DNA of 32,000 bases. Source: Nostoc punctiforme PCC 73102 (GTDB lineage: Bacteria; Cyanobacteriota; Cyanobacteriia; Cyanobacteriales; Nostocaceae). The stretch spans positions 5,190,001 through 5,222,000 of the forward strand of contig NC_010628.1 of assembly GCF_000020025.1 (NCBI RefSeq), read 5' to 3'. The notes below the pieces were generated by a model. It ran no database searches and was not told the origin of the DNA. It saw nothing but the letters and a program-made list of their open reading frames with translations. The position numbers were made by a program, and so were the translations under genes. Numbering within the stretch: the stretch's first letter is position 1; each line of letters starts with the position of its first letter. Of this stretch, positions 18,015 to 26,341 are shown piece after piece.

Positions 18015-18725
18015 TTATTATGTGGATAGATATTTAGAAGCTAAGTAAGTTGGCACAATAAAACTAAACTATGTAAAGAAAAATGGACTAGGCTAAAATC
18101 CTTATACCTATTGCCTATTGCCTTATCCCAACGACAATTATTTACGCTCACTTACTTGTATCTAAATAAAAGCTTATGACACCTAAATAAATTGCGGATA
18201 CACTAACAGAATTAATTTATAAAAATAACTTTTAATAGTGAGAATATATCACAAAATATTATAAAAATATCAAATCTAAAGAGATTTTTTAGGAATTAAA
18301 GATTATTAATTTATCATGACAAAAAACATTTATTTTTGGCTTAATCTGCCTCTGATTGTTGGCACTGTTACAACCCGTAATTTGGAACCCGTTTACTATA
18401 TCTAAGTACTTTCAAAAAAGAAAACTAGCTCATCATTAACATAAAGCTCTTATGTCATTTCACGAAATGACTGATACAAATGATTTGTCTATAATTCTAT
18501 TCCCTGCTTTCCTAATGACTATTTGTATCAACCTTCAAGTGAAATGGTATTAATACTGGAGAGTGATTTATTATCGTATACATAAAATCGCAGCAGATTG
18601 ATAAATTGTCAACAATTTTCATTTTTTATGAACTTTGAATCGATAAATTAACAACAACTAACAGAAGTAAGCATAAAAACTTAATCTATTTAGTTTTTTC
18701 TGCGCCACTAGTTAAGAGGTAATCT

Positions 18726-19925
18726 ATGGTGCGAAACTCAAAGCTAGGGTACAGAACATTCCCTAAGTCTATTCTGCGTCCATCTGTTGCTATAGGTATA
18801 ATTGCATCTTTATTGGTTGGCGGAATAAGTTTTTATATAGTAAAACGCTGGCAAAATTATGCAAATCCAGAAACACAAGTGTCAGCAACACAATTGCTAC
18901 AGTTAAAAACGGTAACAGCTTTAGGGCGAATTGAACCACAGGGAAAGGTAATAAAACTCTCTGCTGCGGTATCTGCTGAAGGAAGCCGGGTAGAAAAGTT
19001 GTTAGTAAAGGAGGGGGATTGGGTAAAAGCGGGACAATTGATTGCAATTTTGAATAGCCGCGATCGCTTGCAGGCAGAATTAAAAGAGGCGCAGGAACAG
19101 GTAAAAGTAGCACAGGCAAACCTAAACCGTACCCAAGCAGGTGCTAAACGTGGTGAAATTGCCGCCCAAAAAGCCGCGATCGCTCGCTTAGAAGCAGAAC
19201 GCCAAGGTGATATTAATACTCAAGCAGCGACAATTGAGCGATTCCAAGCCGAAGTACAAAATGCCCAAGCAGAAGACGAACGTTATCAGCAACTATATCA
19301 ACAGGGTGCAATTTCCGCTTCCCAACGAGATAGTAAACGTTTAAACCTGGAAACCGCCCAAAAAAGCCTGCAAGAAGCACAAGCACAGTTAAATCGTACC
19401 CAATCAGCTAGCCAGCAACAGGTAAAACAGGCCACGGCAACCCTTGAGGAAATTGCTGAGGTACGAGGAGTAGATGTAGAAGCTGCCCAAGCAGAAATCA
19501 ATCGGGCTGTAGCAGCCATGAATCTGGGAAAAATCAATCTAAAACAGGCTGAAGTGCGATCGCCTCAAAATGGACAGGTATTTGAGATCCACACCCATCC
19601 TGGCGAATTAGTATCAAATAATGGCATTGCTGATATTGGACAAACTAGCCAAATGTATGTCATAGCCGAAGTCTATGAAAGCGATATCGGCAAAGTTCAT
19701 TCAGGGCAACAAGTACGAATATTTGGCGATTACCTCCCCATTGAATTGCAGGGAATCGTAGATCGCAAAGGTTTGCAAGTGCGACGGCAGAATGCCATTA
19801 ACACAGATCCCGTCAGCAATATCGACAACAGAGTAGTAGAAGTTTATATCCGATTAGATGAAGTTTCCAGTCGAAAAGCTGGCAGCTTAACCAATATGCA
19901 AGTTAAGGCAGTAATTGAATTGTGA
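18726..19925 (+). CDS. devB: ABC-exporter membrane fusion protein, DevB/HlyD family (this may be a paralogue rather than the heterocyst-glycolipid devB)
   Basis: N-terminal TM anchor, long Q/A-rich coiled-coil segment, and C-terminal beta-barrel-like region. First gene of a B-C-A operon. Confidence 0.8.
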   Translation: MVRNSKLGYRTFPKSILRPSVAIGIIASLLVGGISFYIVKRWQNYANPETQVSATQLLQLKTVTALGRIEPQGKVIKLSAAVSAEGSRVEKLLVKEGDWVKAGQLIAILNSRDRLQAELKEAQEQVKVAQANLNRTQAGAKRGEIAAQKAAIARLEAERQGDINTQAATIERFQAEVQNAQAEDERYQQLYQQGAISASQRDSKRLNLETAQKSLQEAQAQLNRTQSASQQQVKQATATLEEIAEVRGVDVEAAQAEINRAVAAMNLGKINLKQAEVRSPQNGQVFEIHTHPGELVSNNGIADIGQTSQMYVIAEVYESDIGKVHSGQQVRIFGDYLPIELQGIVDRKGLQVRRQNAINTDPVSNIDNRVVEVYIRLDEVSSRKAGSLTNMQVKAVIEL

Positions 19926-19930
19926 AAAAT

Positions 19931-20020
19931 CAGGGATTGGGGACTAGGGACTAGTGACTGGGGAAGAATAATCCCAATCCCTAATACCCAGTCCCCAATA
20001 CCCAATACCCAATACCCAGT
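19931..20020. repeat. Intercistronic hairpin plus tandem heptamers (GGGACTA and CAATACC types)
   Basis: agggattggg (19932-19941) is complementary to cccaatccct (19973-19982). This is followed by aatacccagtccccaatacccaatacccaatacccagtacc. Confidence 0.85.
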
Positions 20021-20028
20021 ACCTAATT

Positions 20029-21201
20029 ATGGGATTGATCAAACAACTGCGACGGCGAACCCCTCTAGGATGGCTGCAACTGAACCATGAAAAAAGCCGC
20101 CTCTTGGTGGCATTGTCAGGTATTGCCTTTGCGGATCTTCTCATGTTCATGCAGCTGGGCTTTCAGACTGCGCTGTATGACAGTAATACGAGACTACATC
20201 GCAGTTTGCAAGCAGACATTGTTTTAACCAGTCCTCAAGCCCGTAACCTGCCAAGCTTGTCTACATTTTCCCGTCGACGACTTTACCAAGCAATGGATAT
20301 ACCAGGGGTGAAGTCGGCAGAACCTATGTATTTCAATAATACAATCTGGAGAAATCCTCAAACACATCGTGAGACGGGGGTGTTAGTTATCGGGTTTAAT
20401 CCAGATAAGCCAGCCTTTGACTTACCGGATGTTAACCAGCAATTGCAGGCAATTAAGCTACCAGATACCGTTTTGTTCGACCGTGGTGCAAGAGGAGATT
20501 ATCAAAAAGCGATCGCTCAAATTGACCAAGGTAAAACCCTAACTACCGAAATAGAACGGCGCACAATTACCATTAGTGGCTTATTTCAAGTCGGGGCTTC
20601 CTTTGGTTCTGATGGCAACCTGATTACTAGCGATCAGAACTTTTTGCGGCTATTTTCTGGGCGACAGTCAAGTAGTATCAGTCTAGGTTTGATTCAGGTA
20701 AAACCAGGCTATGACCCGAAAAAAGTGGCAGCAAGCTTGAAAGCCTACCTGAGAGATGATGTCAAAGTCTTAACCCACGCCGAATTTATTGAATTTGAGA
20801 ACAACTTTTGGAGAACAAATTCCCCAATTGGCTTTATTTTCAGCCTGGGTGTATCAATGGGCTTTGTGGTCGGCGTGATTATCGTCTATCAAGTCCTTTC
20901 CACCGATGTTAATGCCCATGTTCGGGAATACGCCACCTTTAAAGCAATGGGATATCGCAATTATTACCTGTTGGGTGTGGTGCTTGAAGAATCGTTGATA
21001 TTGGCAGCACTGGGCTTCTTTCCCGGATTGGGAGTGTCCTTAGCACTTTACCAACTGACTCGCAGTGCCACAAATTTACCCATGTACATGACTGCGATTC
21101 GGGCATTGCAGGTATTAGTGCTGACTATCATTATGTGTACAATTTCCGGTGCGATCGCCACCCGCAAACTTCAAGCCACCGATCCTGCTGATATGTTTTA
21201 A
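20029..21201 (+). CDS. devC: ABC transporter permease, DevC family (FtsX-like fold)
   Basis: N-terminal TM, large periplasmic domain, and C-terminal 3-TM FtsX-type domain. Position between the DevB-like and DevA-like genes. Confidence 0.85.
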   Translation: MGLIKQLRRRTPLGWLQLNHEKSRLLVALSGIAFADLLMFMQLGFQTALYDSNTRLHRSLQADIVLTSPQARNLPSLSTFSRRRLYQAMDIPGVKSAEPMYFNNTIWRNPQTHRETGVLVIGFNPDKPAFDLPDVNQQLQAIKLPDTVLFDRGARGDYQKAIAQIDQGKTLTTEIERRTITISGLFQVGASFGSDGNLITSDQNFLRLFSGRQSSSISLGLIQVKPGYDPKKVAASLKAYLRDDVKVLTHAEFIEFENNFWRTNSPIGFIFSLGVSMGFVVGVIIVYQVLSTDVNAHVREYATFKAMGYRNYYLLGVVLEESLILAALGFFPGLGVSLALYQLTRSATNLPMYMTAIRALQVLVLTIIMCTISGAIATRKLQATDPADMF

Positions 21202-21203
21202 AT

Positions 21204-21266
21204 TTGTCATTTGTCATCGGTCATTTGCAAAGGACAAAGGACAAATGACCAATGACGATCGTCACA
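21204..21266. repeat. Intercistronic tandem-heptamer hairpin (TTTGTCA / GGACAAA / ATGACCA units)
   Basis: tttgtcatttgtcatcggtcatttgcaaaggacaaaggacaaatgaccaatgacga. The arms gtcatcggtcatttg and caaatgaccaatgac are complementary with one mismatch. Confidence 0.85.
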
Positions 21267-21282
21267 AGTAATCGAGCTATTT

Positions 21283-21981
21283 ATGACTAGTCAATCTGTC
21301 ATCTCTATTAAAAATCTCGACCACCACTTTGGTCACAGTTCCCTCCGCAAGCAAGTTTTATCTAACATTAACTTAGAGATTAACGTCGGTGAAATTATTA
21401 TTATGACCGGGCCCTCTGGTTCTGGAAAGACTACCTTGCTAACCTTAGTTGGTGGATTGCGTTCTGCTCAATCTGGTAGTTTGCACGTGTTGGGGCGAGA
21501 ACTTTGTGGTGCTAGTGCTGAACAATTAGTACAAGCACGACGGCATAACGGTTATATTTTCCAAGCACATAACTTACACGGGAGTTTAACGGCACTCCAA
21601 AACGTCAAAATGGCTTTGGAATTGCACAAATATCTTGGGTTAAAAAATATGCTAGCTAGGTCAGCCCAGATGTTAGAGCAGGTAGGATTAGGAAATCATT
21701 TACATTACTATCCTGAAAAACTATCTGGAGGACAAAAGCAACGAGTAGCGATCGCTCGCGCCTTAGTCAGTCATCCTCAAATAATCCTAGCAGATGAACC
21801 CACTGCCGCCCTTGATAGTCAATCGGGTCGGGATGTAGTCAATCTTATGCAAAAACTGGCAAAAGAACAAAGCTGTACCATCTTGATGGTTACTCATGAC
21901 AACCGCATCCTTGACATTGCCGATCGCATCGTTGACATGGAAGATGGTAAGCTCAAGTCAGAATTGACACTCTCAACCTAA
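21283..21981 (+). CDS. devA: ABC transporter ATP-binding protein, DevA family
   Basis: Walker A GPSGSGKTT, signature LSGGQKQRVAIARAL, Walker B ILADEPTAALD. Confidence 0.9.
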   Translation: MTSQSVISIKNLDHHFGHSSLRKQVLSNINLEINVGEIIIMTGPSGSGKTTLLTLVGGLRSAQSGSLHVLGRELCGASAEQLVQARRHNGYIFQAHNLHGSLTALQNVKMALELHKYLGLKNMLARSAQMLEQVGLGNHLHYYPEKLSGGQKQRVAIARALVSHPQIILADEPTAALDSQSGRDVVNLMQKLAKEQSCTILMVTHDNRILDIADRIVDMEDGKLKSELTLST

Positions 21982-22821
21982 AGTTAATCAGCTTTCATTC
22001 CTCAAGCTCAGAAATCGAAATCAGAAAATTTTAAGTAAAATTACTGTTGTCTTATACCTTATATCAACGCTAATAATATAGCGCTCATATTTGATTTTTG
22101 AAAAAACTTCGTACAACTCAAAAAGCCTTCTTGCCTCCTCCCTATTGCCTCTTGCCTTCCCACGCAAGTAACTTAAAAAATAAAAGCGGATTCCTATATC
22201 TGTTATTAGTGTATAAACGGTGATTAAGAATTAGATAAATTAAAAATTCTATAATTTCACACTATCTATATTTTACTAAAAATCATTGTAGGGTAGGCAT
22301 CTTGCCTACCTGCTTTTGCAAATTAAATGCTCTATAACTTACAAAATCGAGCTTTGCCTAAATCTAATCTGGTTATTTGTAATACTTTGCCCTTGCTTTA
22401 CATGGGTTACGCCATTTACTTACACTAATTTTAACTTCACAATATAGTACGAGTGTTCAGTTGAACAAGTGTCCAGTTGATTCCAAGATTTTCTTCAAGT
22501 ATTATGTAATGGGTATAATTACAATGGGTTTCTTTTATTGCCTAATAAATGATACCCTGGCGAATCACTATAGAGTCTTTGCTTCAATCTAGTTAAATTT
22601 TAATATCATTACCAATGTTAATGTAATACATAGTAATACACAAAGTTAATACCAACTAACTAAATTACAGTCACAAATCATTCTCTCTTATTTCCTACCT
22701 GATGTAAGTCTGCTGTCCATAAGTCTCTGGAGGGTTTCAAAAACATCTACTTCAAAGAGGAAACACGAGTAAAAATAAGCTAGTCTATTTTCCAACACAA
22801 GCAAGGAATTTTTGTATCTCT

Positions 22822-23757
22822 ATGATTATTGAGAATAGCGCTAGTAGTTCAAACAAGAAGTTGCTCGGTTTTGATGTCAAAAGTTTGGCAGCCAATCCCC
22901 TTGCAATAAATGTGTTAAAGGGAATATTTGCTGTTCTCCCTATTACCTTGGCATTGCCTGTAGATGCTTTACAAGTAAAGGTGACTCCAACTAGCCCTAA
23001 ATTAGGGGATACACTCTCGGTAGAGATTAGTCTAGATAATCCTGAGAATGGTACAAATCCAACAGTAGCGACTGGTAAGAATACATACCCAGCTTTTCAA
23101 ATTGCCCCTAATCAGTATCGGGCTTTTGTTCCCACAACTCCGCTAGAAAAAGCTGGAACTAGAACATTTAAGGTCGCAGGGGATGGTCAAGTACAAAACT
23201 TAGTTGTGAATGTGCTGAATCGCAAATTCCCCGTACAACGTATTACTTTGCCACCTGGCAAAGCTGGAGTGGATGCCACAGAATATGAACTTAAGCGTGT
23301 AGCGGCTTTCAAGGCACTACAAACACCAGAAAAGTATTGGAATGGGGTATTTTTGAAGCCAAATGCAGGGCGGATGAGTACAAACTATGGTGTACGTCGC
23401 TACTATAATGGTACATTTGCAAAGGACTACTATCATCGTGGTCTTGACTACGCTGGTGCTGCCGGATCTCCGGTAATTGCCCCAGCCCCTGGGCGAGTTG
23501 CTTTGGTAGGTAGGGTATCCCAAGGGTTTCGGATACACGGTAACGTAGTTGGCATTGACCACGGTCAAGGAGTCACCAGTATTTTCATGCACCTGAGTCG
23601 TATTAACGTTAAAGAAGGTGATCTTGTAAAAGCTGGTCAAGTAATTGGCGCAGTTGGTTCAACAGGTGCTGCCACGGGGCCACATTTGCACTGGGGTCTG
23701 TATGTCAACGGACAATCTGTTGATCCAACACCTTGGCGAACTAAGGTTGTTAATTAG
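22822..23757 (+). CDS. M23-family (LytM-type) peptidoglycan endopeptidase
   Basis: HRGLDYAG (HxxxD), IDHGQGVTSIFMHLS and GPHLHWGLYVNG (HxH) motifs. N-terminal hydrophobic segment. Confidence 0.85.
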   Translation: MIIENSASSSNKKLLGFDVKSLAANPLAINVLKGIFAVLPITLALPVDALQVKVTPTSPKLGDTLSVEISLDNPENGTNPTVATGKNTYPAFQIAPNQYRAFVPTTPLEKAGTRTFKVAGDGQVQNLVVNVLNRKFPVQRITLPPGKAGVDATEYELKRVAAFKALQTPEKYWNGVFLKPNAGRMSTNYGVRRYYNGTFAKDYYHRGLDYAGAAGSPVIAPAPGRVALVGRVSQGFRIHGNVVGIDHGQGVTSIFMHLSRINVKEGDLVKAGQVIGAVGSTGAATGPHLHWGLYVNGQSVDPTPWRTKVVN

Positions 23758-23863
23758 TAGAAGCGGAATTAATCGCGTCTGTGCATAATTTGTGTTTTCT
23801 TTGCTGAAGATTAAGCAAAATCAATTGGATTGATACCGTCCCTACCTTGCTTGGCTAACATAA

Positions 23864-24418
23864 ATGATGATAAGTGTTATGAGTATCGAAAAAATTGTAG
23901 AACAAGCTCTCCAGGATGGTTATTTGACACCAGCAATGGAAGCAGAAGTCGGTAGAATCTGTGATAACGCCTCGGAACTCTCAATTGAAGAGTATATGGC
24001 GCTGGATCGGCTCATGGGAGCGCTATTGACCGGTGAGGTAGTGGCGGTACCTCGCAAACAATTCATTAACGTTATGGAAGAATTGGTACTGACAGAAGCG
24101 ATCGCCAGAGTCGCAGAAATTGAAGCCACCAGCGAAAGTTCTCTAGATGTCGGAGATATTGCTGCTTATGCTCTCAATCGACTACCACCTTTGTATGCTA
24201 CTACAGAAGAGGGTGCTAGCTTCCAGCGCCAAACGGCTCAAGCAGAACTGCAAGAATTAATTTCTCAGCAAGTAAGTGAAGCGATTAATCGTTACCTAGA
24301 TCGACCCAATTTCTTCCCAGAACGGCAAGCCTTGGGCAAAAACACGGGTAATGAGGTTGTACGCCAAGTTAGTGCCTTACTTCAGACATACGCACCTAAT
24401 TTTGAGCAAAAATTATAA
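23864..24418 (+). CDS. ComFB-domain protein (late competence development ComFB family), with an N-terminal ~65 aa extension
   Basis: INVMEELVLTEAI...DIAAYALNRLPPLYATTEEG matches the ComFB signature (NxxEelV ... D..a.ALN.lPP.Y). Several possible starts (23864, 23867, 23879). Confidence 0.7.
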   Translation: MMISVMSIEKIVEQALQDGYLTPAMEAEVGRICDNASELSIEEYMALDRLMGALLTGEVVAVPRKQFINVMEELVLTEAIARVAEIEATSESSLDVGDIAAYALNRLPPLYATTEEGASFQRQTAQAELQELISQQVSEAINRYLDRPNFFPERQALGKNTGNEVVRQVSALLQTYAPNFEQKL

Positions 24419-24422
24419 TTTT

Positions 24423-24488
24423 AAGAGTCATTAGTCATTGGTCATTTACAAAGGAAAAATGACTAATGACAAAGGACAAATGACTCTT
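24423..24488. repeat. GTCATT-type heptamer hairpin between convergent genes; probable bidirectional terminator. Same family as 21204-21266.
   Basis: aagagtcattagtcattggtcattt ... aaatgactaatgacaaaggacaaatgactctt. The ends aagagtca (24423-24430) and tgactctt (24481-24488) are complementary. Confidence 0.8.
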
Positions 24489-24490
24489 AA

Positions 24491-25546
24491 TTAATTACGT
24501 ACTAATACTGTTGTCCCTATACTCACTTGCTCATAAAGCATTCTGACATCAGAATTACGCATTCTTAAACAGCCGTGGGATACAGCCGTTCCTACCAGGT
24601 CAATATCCGGCGTACCATGAAAGCCAATTTCATTGCGCCCATCTGACCAAAAACCAATCCATCTGTCTCCCAAGGGACTATCCGTACCAGCCTGAAATAC
24701 TTTGCCTGTAATTGGGTGACGCCAGATTGGATAGTGTCGCATGTGGATCACCTGGAAAGAACCTGTGGGCGTTTCCCAACCCTTCTTACCTACAGCGATT
24801 GGGTAGCTAGCTATTACCTCATCTCCTGCATATACATAAGTGCGGCGATCGCTTAAATCAACCACCACTTGCGTCTTGCGATCTGCCAGCCTATCAGATG
24901 CAGATGGTGCTTGTTGGGCTGAAGCCTTAGACCATAAACCTTTTGGCCAACTATCCGTAACTGGATTTTGTCTTTCTGCTTGCGCCACCAGCTGCATCTT
25001 GATTGGTAGTTCAGTTGCTTGAGCTACATTATTTTTAATTGTTTTCGGCTGAGTTTGAGGCTTAACAGTAGAAGATTTTGGTGTAGAAGCCCTGCCAGTC
25101 GTTGCTTTAGCTACATTCTTCTTAATTATTTTCGACTTAGTTTCAGACTTAATGGCAGAATATTTGAGTATAGAAGCCTTGCGAGTCGTTGCTTGAGCTA
25201 CATTCTTCTTAATTATTTTCGACTTAGTTCGAGGCTTAATAGCAGAGGACTTTGGTGTAACCGCCCTCTGAACACTTGAGCCTTGGGCAACTTCACCAGG
25301 TGGCACAGATGCACCCAGCGCAATTTCCCCTAAACTCACTTGTGACAGATTCTTGTAGACTCCCTCTGAGCGGCTTCCCTTGGGATTGGTTAGGGTAGAA
25401 TCTCGCCGCATCGAAGTAGATGCAGACTTATCAGACTGCCGTTCCGCCGTAGTAATGCGCCAATGGACAGCTAAAGATAAAAATGCTGTGCCAAAACAGA
25501 GCAACATTACCATCCGTCCTACAGATTCGTTTCTTACCATTGCCAT
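24491..25546 (-). CDS. L,D-transpeptidase (YkuD domain) with an N-terminal TM anchor and a basic repeat linker
   Basis: C-terminal motif GFHGTPDIDLVGTAVSHGCLRM (catalytic His/Cys). The linker contains three 29-aa repeats. Confidence 0.85.
   Translation of the reverse strand: MAMVRNESVGRMVMLLCFGTAFLSLAVHWRITTAERQSDKSASTSMRRDSTLTNPKGSRSEGVYKNLSQVSLGEIALGASVPPGEVAQGSSVQRAVTPKSSAIKPRTKSKIIKKNVAQATTRKASILKYSAIKSETKSKIIKKNVAKATTGRASTPKSSTVKPQTQPKTIKNNVAQATELPIKMQLVAQAERQNPVTDSWPKGLWSKASAQQAPSASDRLADRKTQVVVDLSDRRTYVYAGDEVIASYPIAVGKKGWETPTGSFQVIHMRHYPIWRHPITGKVFQAGTDSPLGDRWIGFWSDGRNEIGFHGTPDIDLVGTAVSHGCLRMRNSDVRMLYEQVSIGTTVLVRN
25022..25282 (-). repeat. Three in-frame tandem copies of an 87-bp unit (29 aa: ..KSSAIKPRTKSKIIKKNVAQATT..) inside the L,D-transpeptidase gene
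   Basis: agctacatt recurs at 25022, 25109 and 25196 (period 87). The protein repeats are visible in the ORF translation. Confidence 0.85.
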
Positions 25547-26281
25547 CGCCTATTGTTTATCCCTGACATATCCAGCCGAGAAATTGGATGTGTTCATCAT
25601 CCGATTATCAAAAATTTATCAATACTTATCATTTCCGTTATAAATCTGCCAATACCTCTGGGCAAACTAAGACTATGCAAATTGTCCCAGCAGCAAAACT
25701 TCAAGTGACCAACCTCATTCCTCCAAAGTTCTGGGGGTTGTAAGCCAATACTTAGACTTTCTGGCGGAACTTTTGCAATGTAGCAATCAATGATTAGTGG
25801 TGTCGGTGGGAGAAAAACCATGTTTGAAAAACTATTGCTAGCAGTCACAATTACATTTTCCCTCAATTTATTTTTTCAAGTTCGTGTACCAGAGCAACAT
25901 AACTCTGGTGCTATCTACGGGTCACAACTAGAACAATCAGCAACTATTCTGGTAACAAAATCAAAAAAATAAATCACCATTATAGTAACCACAGCAACCC
26001 AACTCCCAGAAATTATTACCTGAATTTTAAAGGTATCAAGAAGATAGAATTACAAAATTTTTCTCTTCATCCTTAATAACCAGATTTAATTATTTTTATC
26101 AAGCGTATATACCCAGTTGCTAAAAGTACTAAAATGTGCATGTTGCTGCGCTTTTTTGAGTTGATGGGTGTAAGGGCAACTATGCGAGCAGTATAAGGAA
26201 AAAGTGGCTCACCTTATTGCTATAAATGTATCCAAAATTGTCTGCCTCCGTGTTCCAGTCATAAATCCGTCACCTTAGCAT

Positions 26282-26310
26282 GGAACTTCTGTCCCATTAG
26301 CAGGTCTAAT
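26282..26310 (+). promoter_or_regulatory. Candidate ECF-type (sigma-E-like) promoter: GGAACTT, 16-nt spacer, TCTAAT. About 30 bp upstream of the sigma factor start codon.
   Basis: ggaacttctgtcccattagcaggtctaat, read directly. The spacing and both elements match the GGAACTT-N16-TCnnA pattern of RpoE-like autoregulated promoters. Confidence 0.4.
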
Positions 26311-26341
26311 AGATAGGGATGATTTAGAGCCAGTACGATCT

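Noticed and set aside
18454-18471. Palindrome gtcatttc-ac-gaaatgac as a possible operator for the devBCA-like operon
   Set aside because: The arms are the same GTCATTT unit as the dispersed heptamer family at 21204-21266 and 24423-24488. It is more likely a mini repeat copy than a specific operator.
18667-18680. NtcA-type site upstream of the devB-like gene
   Set aside because: Only GTA-N8-AAC is present, not GTA-N8-TAC. The TAN3T-like hexamer is ~10 nt downstream rather than ~22 nt, which is not enough to call.
19944-20150. 68-aa minus-strand ORF in the devB-devC spacer
   Set aside because: It spans the heptamer hairpin repeat and the start of the devC-like gene, so it is a repeat artefact.
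25022-25282. Regularly spaced 87-bp repeats as a CRISPR-like array
   Set aside because: The units are contiguous with no spacers. They are in frame within the L,D-transpeptidase gene and translate to a coherent 29-aa protein repeat.
25597-25972. Small ORFs 25597..25866(-) and 25790..25972(+)
   Set aside because: They overlap each other and have no motif. The plus one has a weakly signal-like segment from its internal Met, but there is no ribosome-binding site or conservation evidence available, so it is not reported as a gene.
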